Source: Ministeria vibrans ATCC 50519 (taxonomy: Eukaryota; Protista; Filasterea). Taken from it: DNA of 55,797 nt. The stretch spans positions 43,832 through 99,628 of the forward strand of contig CALSCP010002280.1 of assembly GCA_943704425.1 (NCBI GenBank). Direction: 5' to 3'. Below are positions 27,655 through 41,243 of the stretch, one piece after another (position 1 is the first letter of the stretch; the number at the start of each line of letters is the position of its first letter). The notes under the pieces were generated by a model, which ran no database searches, had not been told where the DNA came from, and saw only the letters and a program-made list of their open reading frames with translations. Position numbers and translations under genes: made by a program.

Positions 27655-28759
27655 CAGGTAGCCACAAACAAGACACAAAAAAAGATGCAATGGAGTTGGA
27701 AAGGACTAAGACGCAAAGACAAAGTCAGTATGCAGAGACAAGAGTGGGCGTGAGATGACACAAACACACACACAAACAAGAAAATTGATAAGAAAAAATA
27801 AGAAATAATTCTGTTGCCTCTTCGTGCTCTTGTTATACCGGCTGAGACATAGGGTCGCTGAGAAAGCGCAATCTCTTCCAATTTGTCCACTGTCACATCG
27901 ACTGGATTCTGAAGACACTCCAATTGCGACAAAACCTAAAGATAAAAACATATTGGTGACACTGTCCCGGTCGCTTCTTCTCGAAACAACACACCACAAC
28001 ACAAATCTAAACTCGCGCTGACCTCTTTGAGCAGGAATCGCGTGCAGAACTGCTCAAAGTGACCCGATTCGCCGTACGTCTTGGCGGTCTCCACCAGAGA
28101 CCTCTGCACAAAACAACAATGTTTCACTGCCTCACTTGAGCCCATTCAATGTCGAATGGCGGGTACCTGAATGGCATGGTTCATGTGCTCCAGCGACGCG
28201 TAAATGTCACGGAAAGCCTAAAAGAAGCCAGTCAACAACATGAAAAAAAAAAACATAACAATGTAATGTTTTGCGTGTTGTACCTGAAAGTGTTTTGTAA
28301 AATACGAACACAACTCGCTCACATCGATGTTCCTGGGGACAACCAGAGCATAAGAGCCATCACACATATAGACACACACACACACACACACACACAGGGT
28401 GGAGCCACAAGAGCCCTCCTTACTTGCTCTTGTCCGCATCAACCACATCAAACAACTCGTCAAGGTCCGTCGAACTCAGCACTCCATCCTTGAAAAACTG
28501 CTGAAACTCATCGCGGTCGAGGCAGTTATCGTCTATACCGGCCCAGGTGAGTGTGTGTAGGGAGTAGCGAGAGGGTGCGCACGCACAGAGGCACAGCGAG
28601 AGGGCAAAAGGAGAGAAGAGGGAGACATTACGCGACTCATTATTCTGTTCATNNNNNNNNNNCCTGCGCCGACCAGGTCGACCGGCTACCGTTCTTGTCT
28701 GCGCGGCGGAAGACATCCTGGAAGATGGCATGGCCGGGCTCGGGCTGGGCATTGCTCAT
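26822..28759 (-). CDS. NECAB: NECAB-like N-terminal EF-hand calcium-binding protein with C-terminal ABM domain; multi-exon
   Basis: IFQDVFRRADKN|DDNCLDRDEFQQFFKDGVLS..LDELFDVVDADKS|..ELCSYF; FEQFCTRFLLKE; ABM domain ..FRESLRTY..IEVWQS..YEDHCASKHSKQFRKDNID..LPASWF. Confidence 0.88.
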
Positions 28760-29237
28760 GGTGGTTGGTGTGAGGACGGAAGGGGGGAGAGGGAACGACG
28801 GTCGGGAAGGAAATATTTGATTTACTTTTTAGTTTGTGAATTGTGACTTTGTGTACCAACATAGGATAAATAGTCCCGTCAGTCAGGTTCAAACGTGGTT
28901 CACAACGTTTCAACTCAATCGGATGATTTGACTATGTTACTCTACCAGCGCTGAATGGCTCTTTGAACGCTCTCGCGCTTTATACAAAGATCATATCTGC
29001 CGCTAATACCATAAACATGAGTGGAAAGGGATGTCAAGTGCGTCTCGCATCGATATTATATATCGTCCCTCACAGCCCTCTTGAACTCTCATAAACCGCT
29101 AGCAACGCGTTCTCGTTCCCGGCCGGATTCGTTATAATTACGGATTATCCTTCGCATGAATATCGCATAAGCTGTTGCTCACTATATTAATACATTACCT
29201 AGTTGTTTTGTTTTGACATAGTACAGCTCTCGATTCT

Positions 29238-30673
29238 CTATTTATTTCCCACCTAACATGCACGTACAACTCCCGTACAATCTCACTTTCTCCACACATC
29301 CACCACCAATGTCTGAGTCTTTCTGACAAACTTGGCTCGCGCACTCTCCTCATCCGCACTAAATCCCTCCGGAAATGTCACTCTCAACGGAGCATAAACT
29401 CCCACCACATCTAGGGGTAATTAATACGTATCAGTCTCGCTGGGCCACAACATTCCCCCCGTTCTACTTCTTCTTACCACACGTGAGGCAGTCTTTTAGC
29501 ACTCGCACATCACAGTCACGGATGGACGCACACCCGTCCACTCGAATCCGCACGCACACTCTTCTCCCCTCCTCCATAGTTTTGCTCTCAAACGCTGGCG
29601 TGCTCTTAATTTGCTCACCATCAAGTGGTTCAATCAGCGGCGCGCGGGTTATACGCTCATTGCTTTGGGTCTCAATCAACGTGTCAGCAGTGCCTGCATA
29701 TTCTTGCACACGAGCGACAAACGATGTGGCTGTCGCCTCAATCAACTCTGACTCTTCCTTCCCAACAACCTTTCCTTCTTCTTCTTCTTCTTCTTCTTCT
29801 TTTTCTTCTCTCTTCATGCCATCGCGCATTCCCTTGAGCACCTTGTCAATATCGAGTGCTGCAGCGGCGCTTGGAGCAACTGTGTCTGTTGTTTTCATCT
29901 GATCTTGTCTCTTCTTAAGCATAGCAACAGTCCCAGGATGAATGTCCTCGCCCCCGACGTATGTCCCGCCTGCAAACACCTTCTCAAGAGCAAGATCAAT
30001 GCCCAGCGCCTCACTGGCACACTGTACCACCACCGTGTCGATCTGAGAGTGGACAGTTTTGTTGTTGGTTGCTAAGCGCCTGGTTGACACTGATGGATGG
30101 CAGACAACGTCGAGAACCGTGGCTTGCGACCGCTCCGAGTCCAATCCTTTTGCACCAGTGATACCACCACTCTTATTCCGTGCAGGTCCAGCAAGTAGGG
30201 CCACCTGGTCGTTCTCTGGATGAGAGAGAAAAGGTAAATCAACCACACGATCGAGAAAAAGAACACAACCCCTGAAACTTTTCACAGGTGCAAATACAGA
30301 TCAAAAGCCGGGTGAGCGAGGGTGAGTCGCTCACTCAATGCCTTATATCTCTTTCTCCTTGAGCGATGAGTGTGAGCCATGATCCTGATCAGCTCAATGT
30401 GATCATGAACGAAATATTGTTTTGCTTTCTGTTGTCACCTTGAGACTCACGCACCACATTGCTGCAGCACACGTTAACAATGACCGGGGTACCGAGCAGA
30501 GGTTGGCTGCATTGGAGCGCATAGGAACGCGCCACAAGCTGAGCCGTCTCGCGTCGAACAGTGGTCGTCATTTCCTTCATCGAATCCGCGATGAACCGCT
30601 TGTATGCCTCGGGATTGCTCGTCGACAAAGCATCCAATGATGTCCACACCTTGCGAAGCGCCGAGCTGTCCAT
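29238..30673 (-). CDS. PIH1D2: PIH1 domain-containing protein 2-like (PIH1 plus CS-like domain); exact stop uncertain (29238 or 29242)
   Basis: VWTSLDALSTSNPEAYKRFI matches the PIH1D2 N-terminus. Also VIVNVC and VLDVVCHPSV, and C-terminal SARAKFVRKTQTLVV. Confidence 0.78.
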
Positions 30674-31030
30674 TTTTTCAAGCAAGGAAAATAAAAATAG
30701 GAAACTAAAATTCGCCAAGTTGAGTGGGATTTTTCCACCCTCAATTCACACACTCTCCGTTGAGAGCCAACGCCCAACAGTTGACAATTATTAATAAGCA
30801 CTGAGGTATACCAGCACTCGTCGACGACTGTCAATGCATTGATAAAGAAAAATTGAAATCTCATTGAGGTGATAAGTTTTTTTTAACTCGCTCGACCGTT
30901 GATTTTGATCCAAAAAAAAACAGTTTTATCTTCTCTTCTTCAACTCTGACTTACTCCCATCTCCCATCCCAGTGATCTGACTGATCCCACAAACAAGAAG
31001 ACTTCCCACGACCCGCTGGACTATTTAACC

Positions 31031-31453
31031 ATGTCAGACACGCTCGCGAGTTCTCAGGTTCGTTCGGAGCTAGAGAAGCTTAAAACGATCTTAAAGCAGA
31101 AGCTATCAGTCGCACAAACCGTGGAGGAAGTTGCAGCAATCAGGCAACAGCTAAAAGACATTGAAAGACGCGATAGTGCAGCGATCAATGTTACTGAGCT
31201 CCGCGTCACAGCGGTACGCACACAACTCAAGCACCAACACAATTGATCGTTTCTAAAATTTTCCCATCATCGAACCATCATTTCCTCTCCAAAGACTGTC
31301 ACCTACAAGGGATCAACAATGGAAAAGCTCCAGGGTCCTTCTCCTATTCCTAGAAGCAAGCGTGTAATTGACGCTGTCAAGTGTCCTGGAAAATGTATTC
31401 GTCGCAAGGTAATTATTCAATTGATCTCGGGAGTTGTGGTAACAGGCACTTTA

Positions 31454-31546
<93 letters not shown>

Positions 31547-31774
31547 AACTGTATTCTGAGTATATAGGCTCATTATGTGCACAACAAAAAAGACTTTTAC
31601 GAGCACATGCTTAAGCACCACAGTGAATGCGCGCCGTTTGCCCTGAACAGAAAGTACGTTGATGGAAAGTCCAGAACCCAAATCAACTGCCTTCTCTGTC
31701 CTCGTGAGACGGATGCGTCGCGAGGACCCGCTGAAGCCGTCGACCATCTTTTTGCGTCTCACAGCAAAGAGTAA
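31031..31774 (+). CDS. Small twin zinc-finger-like protein, paralog A (3 exons)
   Basis: Helical N-terminus ..IERRDSAAINV..|; KCPGKC..NKKDFYEHMLKHH; CLLC..RGPAEAVDHLFASHSKE*. Confidence 0.72.
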
Positions 31775-32547
31775 CATGAACTGTACGAAAATGTGATTAA
31801 AATTATTATTATTATTATTATTATTATGATTACAATACAAAATTAAATCTTTTGAAAACGGACTCTTATCTCCCCGTATTGGATACTATCACTGTCCTCT
31901 TTAAGAATTTAATACACATAACGAGTTGTCTGTTTTTTTTTTGTTATTTTAAGACCCATATTGATGAGTGGGTTCAAAATAAAAACTCACAATGTTTCAT
32001 TTGTGTTTCCACTCCTTTAACCCGCACGCATCCCTAAGCAGATAGATGGACTTCTGGACAACACGAAGCATTCATGACGTTGTATATATAGTTCCCTTTA
32101 ACACTCAAGTGTTTTTAACACTCTCAGTGTAAATATAAGCAACTGGGGGACATCCCGGTTTTTTTGAGGGTACTTACTCCCTGACGCTTGGCGAAAAAAT
32201 ATGAATAAAAATAATAATAATATAGTCTTCTTCAACGCGCCGTCTTCTAATCGAGTCCTTTTCAACAAGAGTCCTTCTTATCAAGGTATCATTCATGAAA
32301 GTATGCATCAGCCTTGCTTTTTCTTTCGAACGCGAGATATTGCGCGCTTTCTCACTTCTCACAGAATCACACGTCATTCCAAATATAATTCGTCATTATG
32401 ATTATCGTCACTTTTTTTTCATCTCTGCTGACCTTTCGACCCTTCTACCTCCCTCCGCCCTCCACCCTCCCCTGTCTCCTTCCCCTCGACGCGCGCCATC
32501 GCCGCATCTGCACACCATTTTTCATTGATACTTCGCCTACTGCGGCC

Positions 32548-33105
32548 ATGTCAAAAAGATATGCCAGCACTCAGCTCCGCTCGGCGGTGGATAAGAAAAA
32601 GCGAGAAATGGACACAACCCTGGCGTCTTCTTGCCTTGATACGAACACGCGAAAGCATCTTGAGAAGACAAGAACGCAACTCCAACGACGCGATGCAGCT
32701 GAAGTCGACGTTGCCTTACTGAAAACCAAAACTGTTCGTGAATTCACGAATATATTTGAAACGATTAATTTTTGTACGTTTTTTACATAGGCGATCACTG
32801 TCGAAAAGGGCACTTGTACTGTTGAAAAGGTGGAAGGAGTGGCAGACACACCCATGGGTCCGGTTACCGTCCAGGGCTACAAGTGTCCGGGGGGTTGCGC
32901 TCGACGTCTCAAAACGCACTTTGTGTTCAACAAGAACGCCTTTTGCGATCATGTCGTCAAGAACCATAGCAACTGCCGTATCTTTGCCGAGTCAAGCCAC
33001 GCCGGGCAAAAGGGAATGTACGAGTGTCTTGTGTGTGCGGACGGGAAGGCACGGGGGCCTTCTCCGGCCGTCGATCATTTCTTCATGAATCACTCTCACG
33101 AATAA
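32548..33105 (+). CDS. Small twin zinc-finger-like protein, paralog B (2 exons)
   Basis: ..LQRRDAAEVDV..|; KCPGGC..NKNAFCDHVVKNH; CLVC..RGPSPAVDHFFMNHSHE*. Clearly similar to 31031-31774. Confidence 0.72.
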
Positions 33106-33451
33106 ATCCAATTTTTAACCGCACCTTTCAAGCAAAGTCTAAAAACGATCAAATTAATTTATCTGTTATATCAATAATAATTTTAGATTTTTTTTAAAAA
33201 AATTAACTTTGGAGCAATGCGGATTCCCTCATGGCCCACGAAGAGTACAAGCCATTTAATACAGTCACCACGCGAAGATACAACGCCAGTCACGAAGACA
33301 AAATAATAATAATAATAATAATAAAAAATAATAATAATAATTATTATTTTATTATTTTATTATAATCTTTATTATTATTATATTTTTTATTTATTTATTA
33401 CCAATCTCAACAAAAAGCGACAACACAAACTTTGATACAAAACTTGAATAC

Positions 33452-33530
<79 letters not shown>

Positions 33531-33537
33531 ATTATAT

Positions 33538-34751
33538 CGTGCGCCGCCATCCCACAGCCACAGCAACAACAACAACAACAACAACAACAACTGCAACAAC
33601 CACCGCTGGAGAGCCCAGAACACTTCCTGCTCCACTGTGCTCACCCAGCGGTGTACCGACACCGACACGACTCACTGGTCGGCAAGACCCTTGCCGAGGC
33701 ATTGCGCGCGACCAATGACACGCACTATGAAGCACTTCATCCCCTGGGGGAGATGTACAAATGCTTCATCGTCGCCGTCAACGCCACCCATTGACTCACC
33801 CTTCCGAACCCCTCGTGTTCCCCCCCTACCCATCCATATCTCTGTACTCATAATCTAACACACAGTCACGACAACAAGCACACCAGCCGCCCTACAGCCG
33901 ACCCGCCTCGCCTGTGTACCACGGGAGCGCCCCGCAGCCACCTGGACTTGCCGCCGCCGACCACCGATCCGATTGCCTCAACCACGACTTCGACTTTACA
34001 CTCCTTGCCGACAGACACCTTCATGGTGTCAGAGCCCTATGCCTCCNNNNNNNNCTTTTGCGCGCTTCAACATCCCCGCCGGCGCGTCGGTCGACACGTT
34101 CCGGTGTCGGGCGTGCGCAGCCATCCCACAGCCACAACAACAACAACAACAACAACTGCAACAACCACCGCTGGAGAGCCCAGAACACTTCCTGCTCCAC
34201 TGTGCTCACCCAGCGGTGTACCGACACCGACACGACTCACTGGTCGGCAAGACCCTTGCCGAGGCATTGCGCGCGACCAATGACACGCACTATGAAGCAC
34301 TTCATCCCCTGGGGGAGATGTACAAATGCTTCATCGTCGCCGTCAACGCCACCCATTGACTCACCCTTCCGAACCCCTCGTGTTCCCCCCCTACCCATCC
34401 ATATCTCTGTACTCATAATCTAACACACAGTCACGACAACAAGCACACCAGCCGCCCTACAGCCGACCCGCCTCGCCTGTGTACCACGGGAGCGCCCCGC
34501 AGCCACCTGGACTTGCCGCCGCCGACCACCGATCCGATTGCCTCAACCACGACTTCGACTTTACACTCCTTGCCGACAGACACCTTCATGGTGTCAGAGC
34601 CCTATGCCTCCACTGGGGGTATGGCGTACCATTGCGATTGCCTCACTGGATAGCGTCGACACAGCACTATGACCTGCCACTGTTCTCCCATGTTACCTCT
34701 AAAGTTTCGGTCGAGTTTGCAAGGCGGTCTGGCTGTGTCTTCGCGTGGTGA
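33538..34751 (+). mobile_element. Degenerate 3' fragment of an RLE-type non-LTR retrotransposon, present as two near-identical ~500-bp tandem copies split by an N gap
   Basis: CRAC...ESPEHFLLHC...RHRHD (CCHC knuckle plus RHD), followed by RSD...DFT and KVSVEFARRSG. Interrupted by stops. Copies at ~33538-34046 and ~34112-34611. Confidence 0.6.
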
Positions 34752-35291
34752 CTGTATTAAATGGGTTGTATTCTTCTTCTTCTTATTATTATTGCATAAT
34801 TCCAATCTTTTGAGTTACTGAAAGTGATTACTAATAACGAAGCACTTACGACGACACACAGACTCGCACACTGAGTCCTAAGAACTGAGAAGTAGCTAAT
34901 GTACTGAGTAAGTCACTGAGTCATGAGTATGATAATTGTCACCTGTCTGGCTGGCTGCGGCTTATCTTTTTCTTTATCCGGAGAAGATAATACCCCACAG
35001 GCCACATGCTTCCACGTTGACTGTTGGACGGTGCTTGACTGCTTGTCAGACAGTTCAAATAACTCTACAGATTTTCTGATCACATTCTCCTTATTTTATT
35101 ATTATTTTAACTCCTATTGGCTATTGATCGCTACATGAACTATACCAACTACATAGTACATCGTATGAAATGCAATCATTTGAGTGATTTAAAAGTTGCC
35201 GTCGCCGGCGTGTGGTTTCAAAGTTGACACTGCGAGCGACCTGCACAATAATAAATATAGTCACTTGAAATATGTTAGTTATATTTTTACG

Positions 35292-38200
35292 ATGAAGAAG
35301 TACAAGCTCGTTGATAGCGCACCAGGCGTCGCCGGTGCTCGGCCAGCAGCGCTCTCTCCGCGTCCATTTACTTCACCAAGACCCCGGAAACGGCCCGTCG
35401 CGCCCCGTCCCCAAATACCGACACCTCAAGCAGGTATCAAACGCCGCGCGTCGTCGCCTACGCCACAGTCCTCCTCGCTGTCGTCATCATCATCACCCGC
35501 ACCTGCACCGTCGCCGTCTCCGCCCCAGAAGCGAGCCAAATGCCCTGCTGCGCCCACCGCCAAGTCAACACCACCCAAGAAGCAACCGTCCACGCCCAAG
35601 ACCAACACACCGCTCCCCTTGCCTCCACAACAGCCCGCTCCCGAACTCAAACTCGCCCAGCCCGACGCTCCCATGCCGAAACGGCCGCGGATCGAGCCGG
35701 GCAAGGCGAAAAAGCGCTCGACAGTTGCATTGCGGACGGCCACCTCAAAGGCCGAGTCGAACAGCCGCTTCGAGGAGACCCGCAAGCGCATTATTCGAGC
35801 GTTGAAAAGCACGAAATCCTCCAAGGTATGAATGAGGGCGCTTTGAGAGCAAGCGGGAGGAGTTGAATGATCACCTGTAGGACTCCTCCGTTGGAGGCGC
35901 CGCCGACCTGCTGCCGGCCATTCCCGGCTTATTGGTGTGCAACGAGCCGACTCCCGTGCCGCTGACGGACCATGCGATTGCGCAGGTGAAGCAAGCCAGT
36001 GTGGTGCACGGTCGCTACTCGAGCTACTTTTACGAACTGCCATCGCATCTCGTGCGCTTCGTTCATCCCGAGTGGGACACATGTCTGGCTGGCCTTGTCG
36101 ATGAGGTTGCTGTCGCGCTGGGGTTTGAAAAGAAGTCGCTTCAGCCTCACTTGCATTGTCTCGTCCTCGTCGCACCCTCATCACACCCGTACACGCCTCC
36201 CACCAACGACACACACACTGCCGCTCCCCATCGCGCCACGCTCCTCGTGCAACTCCCATCGCACTGCCAGGGCGGCCATCTTCACCTCAATGGCTCCCAG
36301 CACACCTACGACTTTGGCGCGTCCACCTCTCTTGCTCCCTACGAGGCTTTTTACGCCGCCTACACTCACCCTCCCGCCTTCTCCGCCACAGCAGAAGGCA
36401 ACGAAGAAGAAGAAGAAGCGTCTCGCTCACGAGTCCCTCAAATCCAACCCCTTACTGAAGGCCATCGTCTCCTTGCCATCTACCACCTACATCCTCAATC
36501 ATCACCACACAGTTCCTCTTTCTCTTCTTCATCCCACTCCACGACTGTCTCTCCCGAACGAGAACTCGCCGACGCCCTCACCGCCTGGGACGACTCCACC
36601 ACGCCCTGTCTCTTCCTTCCACTCAAGCACCGCAAGTCTATTCTTAGTTGTACGCTCGACGCCAACGGTCAGTTTGCCACGCTCACTGGTAAGGACGCGG
36701 ATCAGCGCGCGCTTGCGCGTCTACAGGCCGCCAATGCCCTACTCCCCGCCTCCAAGCGCATCCGTCTTACCCTTGTCTCTGCCACTCGCACCGACTTTGC
36801 CACGACTACCCTCTCTTCTGCTGCGTCGTCTTCGTCGATCTCGTCAGATCCCTTTGCTGTTGAATGGCACCACGAATCGACCTCCATCCACTGCGTGTGG
36901 AACCGTCTTCCACCCGAAATGCCTCTCAGTCTCGACGGTGACTCGTCCTTCCAGGTCACCAATCGCTCCCTTCTCGACCGTTCTTCCTCCTTTTGGGGCG
37001 ACCTCTCCAGCCGAACACTTTCCCCCTCTGCCACTCTGCCTGCCGGCATGGAGCAGCAGACACACTACGAGTGCACGATGATTGCCATTTGGCGCTGCTC
37101 CACCGAATTCACTCTCCTCTCCAGTGTCTCTGCCGACGCCGCCTTTTACGCCTACCGTCTCGCCGCGGCCGACGACCGTGTGCCCGGCGAGCAACTGGCG
37201 GCCCTTGCCAACCGCGTCTTTGCCCATTCCGACTACGACTCGCTCCCCATTGCCACGCTCATTCGTGGCGCCTACCTCAACGATGCCTTCCTACTGCGTG
37301 TCCTCGAGCGCGCCAAGGGCCGCGGCCTCGAACACATGGGTGGACATATGGGTCCGCTTACAGTGCGTCGTTGGCCCTCGAAACTCGCCGAGGGTGTCCT
37401 GGCACGACTGCATGCCAAGCCGCAGGGCGCCATTGTCGACATGGACAGCACCGCGTGCGCCGCCTTGTGCATCTCCCTTGCCTGTGCGCTCTATGCCGAG
37501 GCCGACGAAGACAGACGCAACGACACAGACATCGACGTGGTCGACGGTGGCAGCAGTGGCGCGTTGCTGGAGCCCGCAACACTGCTGGGCAGCACTACCT
37601 GTGAGTGCAGTCTCATTGTAAGCTACTCGCGTCGCCTTGTCGAACTTCTGGCACGTGTCAAGGTGGGCGATGCGAGCGAACGACTCTGGTCCGTCGCGAA
37701 TCTTGCCAATGACTTTGCCGAGCTTGTGCGCACTCTTATGGACGAGCTCATTGTGCGCTTCTGCGTGCCCCATTGCACACAGGTGACGTCTCTCGTGACC
37801 ACTCTCATTGTCAAGCGCATGCCACGCGTCCGTGCTGCCGCCTGCCTTGTGTGGATGTTCGAATCGGGCTCGATGACGCGCGCTCGTCTTGAGCCTTGGG
37901 TAATGCCCGTGCTGAATCGCACGCGCTCGGATGTGCCCGACGGCAAACTCACCGAGGAGGAGCTGGTGCCGTGGATGTCCCTTGCGGCTCACATGGACCA
38001 GAGTGTCCTTGCCTACCCGATTCTGGAGACCTTCTGTGCTCAGAGCAATGCTTTTGTCAACAGTTTTGACCGTGACGAATTGGTTCCCGGCTACGAACGT
38101 ACCACGCCCACCTGGCAACGCATCCTCGAGACGGTCGCGCGCCGTCGCAAAATGTCCCGACGAACACCCGTCGCCGACTACCGCAATGTGCTCTTCACAG

Positions 38201-38304
38201 TTCCCCCTCCTGGTGATATGGCGACTGCTGCTGCAACTGGTAGTGGCGCTGGCGTATTGCCAAGTTGGGCCAAGGGAAAGAAAGGATCGAAAGCAAAAGA
38301 ATAA
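35292..38304 (+). CDS. Large protein: Pro/Lys-rich N-terminus, degenerate 2OG-Fe(II) oxygenase-like domain, helical C-terminus (2 exons)
   Basis: A phase-0 intron at ~35826-35880 joins the two long ORFs. Motifs PGLLV..PVPL, ELP..VRF..PEW..L..LV..V..ALG, ATLLVQLPSHCQGGHL, PLTEGHRLLAIYHL. Confidence 0.72.
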
Positions 38305-38593
38305 ATGTCCAAAATACTGTGCAATATAATGTAATTAATAGTATTTTTTTCTGCCAGATTACATTTCGTACCTAGAGGGGGTCAATCGACGATGCAGCAT
38401 ACACCCGATGTGAATGAAACAATTGAGCAGCGCCAAAAGCGCCTTTGCAACAGTTTGTCAAGCGACGCGACGCATATTTTTAGAGGGGAGGGAGAACAAG
38501 ATTAGTCATTTAACTGGTTGTGGTGGGGCGGTTGCAGAGAAAGTGGAGCAAGATACAAAACTTATAATGGTACTTTATTGTATTTACAGGAGA

Positions 38594-40518
<1,925 letters not shown>

Positions 40519-41210
40519 CTATTGCGGACCAATTCCATTGTAATCAATCGGCTGAAACCCCAATTTAAAGGCGGGAGAATCATTCTATACAAAAAGACTC
40601 AAAGTTGGGCTTAGGAATTAGGATTGGCATACTTTGAGTCTCAAATCCAACGAATTTATATCGTAAAAAAGAGGATCGGAAATGAGAGAATTCGAATCAA
40701 ATCCTTTGGCTTTCCATTGCTCGAAATCAGTGTGATTGGGAAACCTAAAACCAAAACAAGGCAAACAATAAACACACAAAAAAGTGCAAAAAAAAAAAAC
40801 TGACATGATGCTTTGATGGAGCGGATCAAAGTAGACATTGGAAAGAAAGAAGGAGTCACGATAGTCCGAATCAGACGCAACAGTGGACCCCACGGCAATA
40901 TTTGTCGTGAAGCGCATTCCGTGAGGAAGAAGCGGATACGTGGGGTTTCCTCCGCCATTACAACTAAGGAACAACTCAGCAAGTCAGTTTTTCCATAATG
41001 GCGTGCATTGAATCTAACCTTTTAATGACACCCGAATGGTCGATTAGACCGGCATTCAAGATAATGTTGTTTTGAGCGGAGTTTGAACATCCACAGTGGA
41101 AATAGATTCCACTACTCGTCACATTTGTTATGACATTCTGTGTCATATTCACAGAGCTTACTTGCTACAATTATAATAATAATAATAAGAATACAACCCA
41201 TTTATTATAC

Positions 41211-41243
<33 letters not shown>

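Noticed and set aside
35426-38118. Long antisense and alternate-frame ORFs (also at 952-2230, 42608-43435, 46682-47659)
   Set aside because: Shadow ORFs of GC-rich real exons, with no motifs of their own.
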